IMG/VR virus record: IMGVR_UViG_3300018475_000004
Strand: one strand, 5' to 3'
Source of the DNA: a virus
Lineage: Duplodnaviria; Heunggongvirae; Uroviricota; Caudoviricetes
DNA: 64,000 bases
Below are positions 51,547 to 59,001 of the stretch, piece by piece; within the stretch, counting starts at the first letter, position 1; the number at the start of each line of letters is the position of its first letter. The notes under the pieces were generated by a model. It was not told the DNA's origin, ran no database searches, and saw only the letters and a program-made list of their open reading frames with translations. The position numbers were made by a program, and so were the translations under genes.

Positions 51547-51622
51547 TGCGGGGTAGAGAAATGGTAACTCACTAGCCTCATAAGCTAGAGATTGTCGGTT
51601 CGAGTCCGACCCCACGCAACCA
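51547..51622 (+). tRNA. tRNA(CAT), initiator-like acceptor with bulge
   Basis: TGCGGGG-TA-GAG start, CTAGC-CTCATAA-GCTAG, CCA. Confidence 0.75.
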
Positions 51623-51657
51623 GAATCATAATGATTCTCCTTTCGTTTGTGTTCATA

Positions 51658-51776
51658 AAGACACTCACAGCAAATAGCTTTGTAGCGAGATTAGCTCAGA
51701 TGGGTGAGCAATTGTCTGATAAACAATAGGTCGTTGGTTCGAGTCCAACATTTTGCAAAACAAACAATGTGTCTTG
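51658..51776 (+). ncRNA. ACAGCAA cassette 2 carrying whole tRNA-Ile(GAT) lacking CCA (51685-51757)
   Basis: AAGACAC/GTGTCTT stem encloses unpermuted cloverleaf. Confidence 0.85.
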
Positions 51777-51781
51777 TATAT

Positions 51782-51858
51782 GGGCCGGTAGCTCAGCAGG
51801 TAGTAGCAGTGGACTGAAAATCCACGTGTCGGCGGTTCAATCCCGCCCTGGCCCACCA
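51782..51858 (+). tRNA. tRNA-Phe(GAA)
   Basis: Cloverleaf with CCA. Confidence 0.9.
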
Positions 51859-52147
51859 ATAGTCGGATAGGAGACTATATAATCAAAACCCTATCGTCAA
51901 GACCGGCATCAGGAGATCCACATCATTGGTTTCCTTTCTGTGGTACTTTTGTCATTGTGTTTTTCATTTTATGCCTCCTCATAAAAAATATACAGCGCGA
52001 TGTGGCTGCCGGAAACGTATCCTTTTCTATATATCTCGAAATATATAGAAACAAAAACTACTATATAGCAGAGAGTTTTTACATCTAGGCTCGGGTGAGT
52101 TTGTTTTTTACTCTGCTATTTCTAATGAAAAATTTCGGAGGAATATA

Positions 52148-53170
52148 ATGCAAGATTTATCAATTATTATTCCTGTTTATAATAATCGAGCAGGCTTAAT
52201 TTCGACTCTGTTATCTATTGGTGAAATCGCATAGACTGTCCTTGATTGGGGCATTAAAGTTATCATAGTTGATGATTGTTCTACCGAAGTGAACTATGAT
52301 GACATTCCTCAATTATTTACTTCATTTGTAGATATAACTTTATTTCGATTATCTGAAAATTCAGGACCAGGTCAAGCAAGACAATATGGTTTAGACCATA
52401 GTGATACTGAATATGTTATGTTTTTGGATGCAGGAGATGTATTATCTTTTCCAACTCATTTTATTCAGCTAATGGATTTGGTTTTGCGTCATCCAGATAT
52501 TAAAGTATTTTCATGTGGTCGAGAAGGTATTTCTGATACTCGTCAAATAGGCTATGTTGGTCCAGCGCATAATAAAATTCATGGAAAAATTTATCGATTG
52601 GATTTTCTGAAAAATTATAATATTAGATTCATTTCTGATCATTATTATTCAGAAGATATTGGATTTAATTTAGCTTGTCGATTAGTTTGTGCAGAATTAG
52701 AGCGACGAAAAAATGAGACTCAATTATTTGAATTTCCTAAGCCGATTACAACTGAATTATTCGATGGAAATTCTATTACTCGTAAAAATAATGGTGAGTT
52801 TAAATATACCGAGAATTATGGTCTTGGGTATAATTTAGTTCATGCTCTTGAAATTGCTTTATCGAACGGTGTTCATCCTTCTATTATTGAAGTGTATGGA
52901 TATGAAAATTTAATCTGTCAATATATTTTCTTTTACGAAGCATATACCCATCAAAAAGGTCTTGAAAAAAGTTTAGAGGGATGCCGTTATTGGTATCGAA
53001 ATTTTAAGTATTGTATTCCTAAATTCAATGAGCAATTACTAACTAAAGTATATAATGATATGATGAAAAAATTATATGCAGAAGATGTAGAATATGCTTT
53101 CAATACAACTATTCCTAAATTATCTTTTTGGGATTTTATAAATCTTCTGGAAAAAGAAGATAAAGAGTAA
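52148..53170 (+). CDS. GT2-family glycosyltransferase (code 15, 340 aa)
   Basis: MQDLSIIIPVYNN...GEIA*TVLD...IIVDDCSTE joined through TAG 52232-52234; GPGQARQYG, FLDAGD, SEDIGF motifs. Confidence 0.9.
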
Positions 53171-53188
53171 GAGCAATCTTACTCATAT

Positions 53189-53278
53189 GGACGTGTGGGA
53201 GAGAGGCTTAATCCAGCTCCCTGCTAAGGAGCCGACCTCGTAAGGGGTCCGCTGGTTCGAATCCAGCCACGTCCGCCA
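53189..53278 (+). tRNA. tRNA-Ser(GCT)
   Basis: Type II cloverleaf, G73, CCA. Confidence 0.92.
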
Positions 53279-53452
53279 AGAGCAGAGAAGTACAATTTGC
53301 TTAGTGATGTATAGTGTAGGTAGGAAAGAGCACGCCAAAATGGAGGTCATATGCCAGAGTAGGTAACCCGGACGCCTAAGAAGCTCACCCGGTGCATCAC
53401 GCAGGCATCTAACGCCAAGGGCTTGCGGCCGCCAGTAAGTGTCGCATTATAT

Positions 53453-53540
53453 GGAGGAGTAAGCATAATTGGTACTGCCACGGTCTAGAAAACCGTTCGT
53501 CCGCAAGGGCGTGCAGGTTCGAGTCCTGTCTCCTCCGCCA
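53453..53540 (+). tRNA. tRNA-Ser(AGA)
   Basis: Type II cloverleaf, ACGGT-CTAGAAA-ACCGT, G73, CCA. Confidence 0.88.
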
Positions 53541-53697
53541 GCGTCTTTAGGGGCGGGATAGTGGCGTGAAAGTAAATGTGTCATGCAGGTTGTGCTGTTC
53601 CTCACTACATCTTGAATGTAGGAGTTGCATTGAAATTAAAACCCCTCTGTTATACTCCAGGCAGTTATTACGATTCTAGATTCTCGTAGGAGAATAT

Positions 53698-53774
53698 GCC
53701 CCGATAGCTCAGTTGGCCAGAGCATTTGATTAGTAATCAAAAGGTCGTCGGTTCGAATCCGACTCGGGGCTCCA
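53698..53774 (+). tRNA. tRNA-Thr(AGT)
   Basis: Cloverleaf, TTTGA-TTAGTAA-TCAAA, U73, CCA. Confidence 0.9.
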
Positions 53775-53909
53775 TATAGGTGCCTCGAAGTTTGCCCGAT
53801 AAAGGTTTGAGTCCAAAAGGTTGAGACCTAAAGTGCTCAACATAATAAAGGGGATTACAAGCATACCAGAAGCAGAGGTAAATGGAATTTGATAAACAGC
53901 CTATAATTT

Positions 53910-53986
53910 GCGCGCTTAGCTCAGCTGGTTAGAGCATCTGCCTTACAAGCAGGGGGTCACTGGTTCGAATCCAGTAGTGCGCACCA
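53910..53986 (+). tRNA. tRNA-Val(TAC)
   Basis: Cloverleaf with CCA. Confidence 0.92.
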
Positions 53987-54121
53987 CTCTCCGTAGTTGG
54001 TTCCATTTGCCAATATAGATAGAAAAGTTCTTTCGCCGTTGATACCCGCAAATATTGGGAGTAGGTTAGGAAAGTGAGGCACAAGCGCACTGGACCTGCG
54101 CTGGCTACGGAGATACCATAT

Positions 54122-54197
54122 GTGGGTGTAGCTCAGTTGGTAGAGTATCTGATTGCCATTCAGAAGGTCGCGGGTTCGAATCCCGTTACCCACTCCA
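54122..54197 (+). tRNA. tRNA-Gly(GCC)
   Basis: Cloverleaf, U73, CCA. Confidence 0.9.
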
Positions 54198-54355
54198 AAA
54201 GTCATATCGAGGGGTATGGTTGAAGCGGTGCAAGATGGATAGAGTTGGCCATAAACGCGGATAGTCCATGTAGCAGGGTAGATATGATAAAGAGGTACTC
54301 TCTGATGCGGAGAGCTAAGTAGGGAGAAGACCGCACTCATATGCCTCTTTGATAT

Positions 54356-54433
54356 GGTGGGTGTAGCTTAGTTGGTTAAAGCGCCAGATTGTGGCTCTGG
54401 AGATCGCCAGTTCGAGTCTGGTCACTCACCCCA
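54356..54433 (+). tRNA. tRNA-His(GTG)
   Basis: 8-bp acceptor with G-1:C73, CCA. Confidence 0.92.
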
Positions 54434-54512
54434 TAGACAGACACAGCAAATATATTTTTTACTAAAAACGCTTATTTTGGGTTTAAGAAATGTTAAAGTA
54501 ATTTCTGTCTAG
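54434..54512 (+). ncRNA. ACAGCAA cassette 3, cargo includes Pro(TGG)-like anticodon stem-loop
   Basis: TAGACAG/CTGTCTA stem; CTTAT-TTTGGGT-TTAAG. Confidence 0.75.
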
Positions 54513-54517
54513 TATAT

Positions 54518-54594
54518 GCGCCAGTGGCTCAGTAGGATAGCGCAACTGCCTTCTAAGCAGTAGGTCGGGGGTTCGAATCCCTCCTGGCGTACCA
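54518..54594 (+). tRNA. tRNA-Arg(TCT)
   Basis: Cloverleaf with CCA. Confidence 0.9.
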
Positions 54595-54702
54595 CTTAGG
54601 GAGTAGAGTAACGGTGCCCCTTACGAAGTCGAAGCTTGGCTAAGTTCAAGCGACCATGGCGCACACCGCGAATCCTAAATTGAAGAAAAGGAGAAATTCA
54701 AG

Positions 54703-54933
54703 ATGGTTACACCTGTAAAGTTTGAAACCAAGGAAGATTTATTCCGTTTCAGTGAGTTAGCAAGTAAGCAGGATTTCAATATTTTCATCGGTACTGATTA
54801 TGGTCAGTTAGATGCCAAGAGTCTTCTGGCTCTGTTCACCATTCTCGGCAAGGAAGTAAATGTTGTTGCCCCTGATCACGCAAGTGCTGACAAGTTTATG
54901 AAGTTCCTCGATGAGTATAACCGTGCGGTCTAA
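54703..54933 (+). CDS. HPr-like phosphocarrier-fold protein
   Basis: 76 aa, LDAKSLLALFTI matches HPr Ser46 region; lacks N-terminal active-site His. Confidence 0.55.
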   Translation: MVTPVKFETKEDLFRFSELASKQDFNIFIGTDYGQLDAKSLLALFTILGKEVNVVAPDHASADKFMKFLDEYNRAV

Positions 54934-54946
54934 TCCGCACAAATAT

Positions 54947-55023
54947 GCGGGTTTAGCTCAGTTGGATAGAGTACCTGGCTACGAACCAGTAGGTCGGGGG
55001 TTCGAGTCCCTCAACCCGTACCA
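54947..55023 (+). tRNA. tRNA-Arg(ACG)
   Basis: Cloverleaf with CCA. Confidence 0.92.
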
Positions 55024-55172
55024 ATAGAGTCCTCCAGAACTCTTGCGACAAATCGCTAATCTGGATATGGGGATGGGGCCCAAAAGGATCAGAATTAGGT
55101 GGGCTTTATGTTGCGGTTGAGGCGGCCCGCAACAGTTGATTTTCAAAAAAATTTTTGATATAATATATACAT

Positions 55173-55291
55173 AAGGCAGATACAGCAAATAACTTTTTTC
55201 AAGTTCTATAGTCTATTGGATATGACATTTTCCTTCCACGAAAAAGAGACGGGTTCAATTCCCGTTAGAATCAGAAAAATTACCTGCCTTG
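55173..55291 (+). ncRNA. ACAGCAA cassette 4 carrying degenerate whole tRNA-Gly(TCC)
   Basis: AAGGCAG/CTGCCTT stem; TTTTC-CTTCCAC-GAAAA arm, GGTTCAATTCC T loop, no CCA. Confidence 0.8.
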
Positions 55292-55296
55292 AATAT

Positions 55297-55373
55297 GCTC
55301 CAGTAGCTCAGATGGTTAGAGTACACGACTGATAATCGTGAGGTCACTGGTTCGATCCCAGTCTGGAGCACCA
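55297..55373 (+). tRNA. tRNA-Ile(GAT)
   Basis: Cloverleaf with CCA. Confidence 0.92.
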
Positions 55374-55374
55374 A

Positions 55375-55442
55375 GAGGAAGAAACTTCGGTTCAAATCCG
55401 AACATGGGCCCTGTAGTTTAGGTTGGTTTAGAACGCTTCCTC
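55375..55442 (+). ncRNA. Permuted tRNA-like element open at anticodon and closed at acceptor
   Basis: GAGGAAG, T arm TTCGG-TTCAAAT-CCGAA, CATGGG-CCCTG, TA, D arm, CTTCCTC. Confidence 0.7.
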
Positions 55443-55451
55443 CTTTTATAT

Positions 55452-55529
55452 CCGGGTGTAGCTCAGTTTGGCTAGAGCGCGTGATTTGGGATCACGAGGC
55501 CGAGAGTTCGAGTCTCTCCACTCGGACCA
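55452..55529 (+). tRNA. tRNA-Pro(TGG)
   Basis: Cloverleaf with CCA. Confidence 0.92.
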
Positions 55530-55618
55530 GCATAACGCAAACTATCTCATAACTGCACATACTAAAACTTCGGAGTTGTGCCCGACTGGCAGGGAGTAGT
55601 TTTCAGCCTGCCTTATTT

Positions 55619-55694
55619 CGAGATATGGCGCAGATGGTAGCGCGCTTCCTTGGGGTGGAAGAGGCCACAGGTTCGAGTCCTGTTATTTCGACCA
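55619..55694 (+). tRNA. tRNA-Pro(GGG)
   Basis: Cloverleaf with CCA. Confidence 0.9.
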
Positions 55695-55810
55695 GCCTTC
55701 TTTGGCAGTCAAATAAACTTAGTGAGCCGTCTGGTGCGAACAGACAAATTGGTCCAGGCGATAAAGTGGAGAGATAGGCCAATTCAAATAAACGCACTCT
55801 CAAATATTTA

Positions 55811-55947
55811 TAGACACACACAGCAAATTTATTCTATTAAGAATAATATCGGTTCGAGTCCGATACCAACCGCCCTTAGGTTAGTTTGAGAAATTGGTAA
55901 ACTCACTTGTCTGTAAAACAAGCAAATGTCTTAATTAATGTGTCTAG
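55811..55947 (+). ncRNA. ACAGCAA cassette 5 carrying circularly permuted tRNA-Tyr(GTA)
   Basis: TAGACAC/GTGTCTA stem; variable/T arm and ACCAACC precede GGTTAGT, D arm and CTTGT-CTGTAAA-ACAAG. Confidence 0.8.
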
Positions 55948-56015
55948 CATAAAAAATCTTCTTTGATTTTTTCAAAAAAATATGTTATAATATATACATA
56001 AGATAAAGAAAGGAA

Positions 56016-56330
56016 TTGAAGAAGATGCCAAGAATTATTTCAGCCGCAATCAAATTCAAGCCAAAAGGTCATGAATATTTTCAAATCATGTGCGGTCGCC
56101 AGCATTGTGACGTGCTGGAAATGATGTATCAGCTTCGCATTGATTATGAGCGATCCTCAATGGTTCAAGGCTTCTTGACTGATGAAGATCAATTCCTTGA
56201 TCGATATGACGCGGCTCGCGCAGCTTATTTCTCTGGCCAGCTTTCTCCTAACACGGAGCTTTGGCAGAAAATGGCTTCTGATGACCGTTTCCAGAACGCA
56301 CACGCTCTCTATTCGGAGGATTTATGGTAA
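56016..56330 (+). CDS. Conserved hypothetical phage protein
   Basis: IISAAIK...GRQH.D...QGFLTDEDQFLDRYDA...A...GQL...LYSEDLW; probable start ATG 56025. Confidence 0.7.
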   Translation: MKKMPRIISAAIKFKPKGHEYFQIMCGRQHCDVLEMMYQLRIDYERSSMVQGFLTDEDQFLDRYDAARAAYFSGQLSPNTELWQKMASDDRFQNAHALYSEDLW

Positions 56331-56482
56331 GTTGGATACGGTCTTTATTTTGTAAGCATGAATGGCAGTTTCATAAGACTGTCCGAATATGGTGGGACCC
56401 AGAAGCAAATGTCATTGATCAGCAATATGATGTTTATGTCTGTCCCAAGTGTTTGAAAGTAAAAAAAGTAAAGTTCATATAA
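56324..56482 (+). CDS. Small Cys/His protein (LFCKHEW...CPKC)
   Basis: 52 aa overlapping upstream stop, GGAGG RBS. Confidence 0.6.
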   Translation: MVSWIRSLFCKHEWQFHKTVRIWWDPEANVIDQQYDVYVCPKCLKVKKVKFI

Positions 56483-56487
56483 AATAA

Positions 56488-56597
56488 AAGGCACATACAG
56501 CAATTACACATTCTATGTGTTGTGGGTTCAAGTCCCATTTTTCTAGCCATTTTAGAAAATAGTACAATCGGTAGTACAATAGACTTCAAGTGCCTTG
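56488..56597 (+). ncRNA. ACAGCAA cassette 6 carrying circularly permuted tRNA with probable TCA anticodon
   Basis: AAGGCAC/GTGCCTT stem; TCTAT..T arm..TTTTCTA-G-CCA then TAGAAAA, D arm, ATAGA-CTTCAA. Confidence 0.8.
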
Positions 56598-56604
56598 TTT
56601 ATAT

Positions 56605-56680
56605 TGGGGATTGGCGTAATGGTAGCGCGCAGGACTTTGACTCCTGGTCTGTAGGGGTTCGACTCCCTTATCCCCAGCCA
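56605..56680 (+). tRNA. tRNA-Gln(TTG)
   Basis: U1-A72, G73, CCA. Confidence 0.9.
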
Positions 56681-56708
56681 TAAGCCTTTTTATATTCATT
56701 CAACATCT

Positions 56709-56772
56709 AAGACTCTAACAGCAATTTATTTTGGAACAACCTTTTAACTTGTCTACCAGAAACTGAGTCTTG
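56709..56772 (+). ncRNA. ACAGCAA cassette 7, cargo Lys(TTT)-like anticodon stem-loop
   Basis: AAGACTC/GAGTCTT stem; ACAAC-CTTTTAA-CTTGT. Confidence 0.8.
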
Positions 56773-56783
56773 AACATTTATAT

Positions 56784-56857
56784 TCCCGCTTAGTCTAATG
56801 GCAAAACGGCAGACTCTGACTCTGCATTTGGTGGTTCGAGTCCATCAGCGGGAGCCA
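56784..56857 (+). tRNA. tRNA-Gln(CTG)
   Basis: U1-A72, G73, CCA. Confidence 0.9.
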
Positions 56858-57198
56858 AACTCATAGTGGATAATGGCGTTACGTTCCTAATCGGCCGCTG
56901 CCCCAGAAATGCGAAAATGTGTCGAACCTATGAGTTGCCAAAAGTAGGAGTTCTTGGATGGGAACCAAGTATAAATCTCTGAAAAACCTCAAAGGTGGGC
57001 TTTGAAAGTAGCCATCCTATAATGAGTGGTGCGATGCGTACGGCGGACCTTTGGTGTAATAACACATGAGGCAGGTTTGCGGTCAACCTGGCCAAAAACC
57101 GAAATGTGTTCTGCGCGACCGGCCGAAGGGGCAACGGGAATAATGACCCTTCACCAAAAATTTGACTTTTCAAAAAAAATTTGTTATAATATAAATAT

Positions 57199-57277
57199 AA
57201 GGCTCAAACAGCAATTCTTATTCATAAAATTTGCGACTGCAACTCGCTCCAACTGTATGAGAAAAAAGTGAGCCTTG
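57199..57277 (+). ncRNA. ACAGCAA cassette 8, cargo Cys(GCA) anticodon stem-loop
   Basis: AAGGCTC/GAGCCTT stem; GCGA-CTGCAAC-TCGC on TCATA/TATGA stem. Confidence 0.82.
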
Positions 57278-57279
57278 AA

Positions 57280-57965
57280 GCACTCCTGACAGAAACCCTC
57301 CGGTGAATAACCCTGGTGAGTGCGATTTCGACTAATGACTGTCATGAACCTTGATAAGTTTGCAACTCGGTGAAGAACGAATACCATCGTGCCGAGATCC
57401 TCATCCTGCCTGTGGGTACCAGGAGTCCGAAAAGCAATCTTACCGACGATAGCCGGTAATAGGTAGATTCTCTTGTGGTGACATAAGAGAGCCGCCTCCA
57501 AAGGGAGGGCCTGGATGGAGAGGAGTGCAAAGATAACCGCAATCAAAAATACCGTCTTATCGCTTCCGCAATAGACGCCCCCGTGGGGAATAAGCCTTGT
57601 TAGGGATTAGCTGGTGACTGTTCCAGACCAAGGTACACCAATAAGGAAGTCTGCGTTGATGTCGGAGTAATCCGGCTATAAGGTAAGGTCAGGGTACGAG
57701 TAGCTCTATCGCAACGACGAGAAGAAAGATTGGGCTGTTTAGATAGTATGGTTTAATAGACTTAAACAATTCTGAATGGCGAGTGAAAGTTAGAGGCAAT
57801 CAGTCCTCTGCGGGATAGGGTAGGAAAGGCCGCCTCTGGTGTGTCAGAACTACTGGGGCAAGAAGCTTAGGGTCGCTCCCGAAGGCTCAGACTTGTCTCC
57901 CCGGTGATTGAATATGGTTGAAGGTTATAGGGAGTATGACGAAGGTCAGCAAACTTATCAGGTTT
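57280..57965 (+). ncRNA. Probable GOLLD RNA (boundaries approximate)
   Basis: About 690 nt ORF-free structured region between tRNAs; 3' blocks GTAGCTCTATCGCAA, GAATGGCGAGTGAAAGTT..AATCAGTC, GGGTCGCTCCC..GGCTCAGAC, GAATA..GAAGGT..AGTATG..AAGGTC resemble the GOLLD 3' core as I recall it. Confidence 0.68.
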
Positions 57966-57973
57966 ATAAATTT

Positions 57974-58127
57974 GGGAAACTGGCGGAATTGATAAACGCA
58001 CCGGAGCCGAAAGGCTTTTCATTTGAAAAAGGTGTTGGCAAAGACCTTATCCGCAATATGTTTCTATGATTACTGTAAATCCGGCGTCTGAAAAGACTTC
58101 TTGGTTTGAGTCCAAGGTTTCCCACCA
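57974..58127 (+). tRNA. tRNA-Tyr(GTA) interrupted by 67-nt insertion (58006-58072)
   Basis: GGGAAAC/GTTTCCC, A73, CCA, long variable arm; removal gives CCGGA-CTGTAAA-TCCGG. Confidence 0.8.
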
Positions 58128-58493
58128 GGGGCGAAAGAAATGTCGCCTAGCCCCCGTAAAGGCGACAATCAGCGAGTTCATTATTTTTCTCGCTCCACCA
58201 CCCTCCATGCCCAAGGAGATTGAACAAGGCTAAAGCGAAAGTCCTCGCGTGACGTGTTGAGCCTCCAGGTTGCTCGTGCCTGCACAGCGACTGTTTTCAC
58301 AATGCGTCGGGAAGTGTCTGAGCGATGTAGATTTTACCCGGGACAAGTCTACACCGGTAGGTCGTTCAAGTTGAGGTCAGACATATACTGAACAAGGCAT
58401 TTATATTTCGGCAGACACCGTGGCCGGCGTTAGATAATTTATATGATTTAGTTTTGAAATATAGTAGAAGCTAAAAGAAAAGGAGATTTTACT

Positions 58494-58901
58494 ATGTTAT
58501 TTGAAACAAATCGTGACAAAGGTCGCGCAGGTATGGCAATGGCAATTGCCTATTTTGGAGCCAATGGATACACTGTGAATGTTCCTCTAAATGATACTCA
58601 ATGGTATGATTTAGTCATTGAAAAAGATGGTGAATTTAAGACAGTCCAATGTAAAGCAACTGGAAGTTCTGATAATACTATTTCTTTGAGAAGTACTGGC
58701 GGAACCAAGGGCGGTACGTATGATAATGTTCTTAATCATCCAGTTGATTATTTATTCTGTTTAGATGGAAATATGAATATGTATGTCATTCCAGTAGCAG
58801 ATATGAAAGAATATGGCTGTAATAAACAAATTACTCTCCGCACTCAAAAATCTGCAAATGGATAGGGTTTTCAAACTTATCAATATCAGGTGTCTTTATA
58901 A
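58494..58901 (+). CDS. Small PD-(D/E)XK endonuclease (group-I-intron-associated / I-Ssp6803I-like; code 15)
   Basis: KGRAG..A.AYF...GY.V..PL.D...YDLVIE......VQCK; TAG 58863-58865 read through to TAA 58899-58901. Confidence 0.75.
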
Positions 58902-58911
58902 TTAAAGATAT

Positions 58912-59001
58912 GGGTCAGTAAAGCGTTAAGGCAGGCGCCCCGGTCTGTAAAACCGGTCCGTTAACACGGTCGAGTGAGTTCAATTCTCTCCTGGCCCACC
59001 A
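58912..59001 (+). tRNA. tRNA-Tyr(GTA)
   Basis: Type II cloverleaf, A73, CCA. Confidence 0.88.

Noticed and set aside
56488-56597. Genome-wide TGA reassignment, or a selenocysteine tRNA
   Set aside because: Many genes end in TGA followed by terminators or coupled starts, no TGA-split genes were found, and the element has a 7-bp acceptor and short variable loop unlike tRNA-Sec.
58006-58072. Group I or II intron in tRNA-Tyr
   Set aside because: At 67 nt it is far too short for either catalytic core, and no P/Q/R/S or domain V motifs are visible.
58268-58400. Possible 14th ACAGCAA cassette (GTGCCT-GC-ACAGCGA ... AAGGCAT)
   Set aside because: Stem polarity is opposite to the other 13, pairing is only 5-6 bp and the closing G is missing; not counted.
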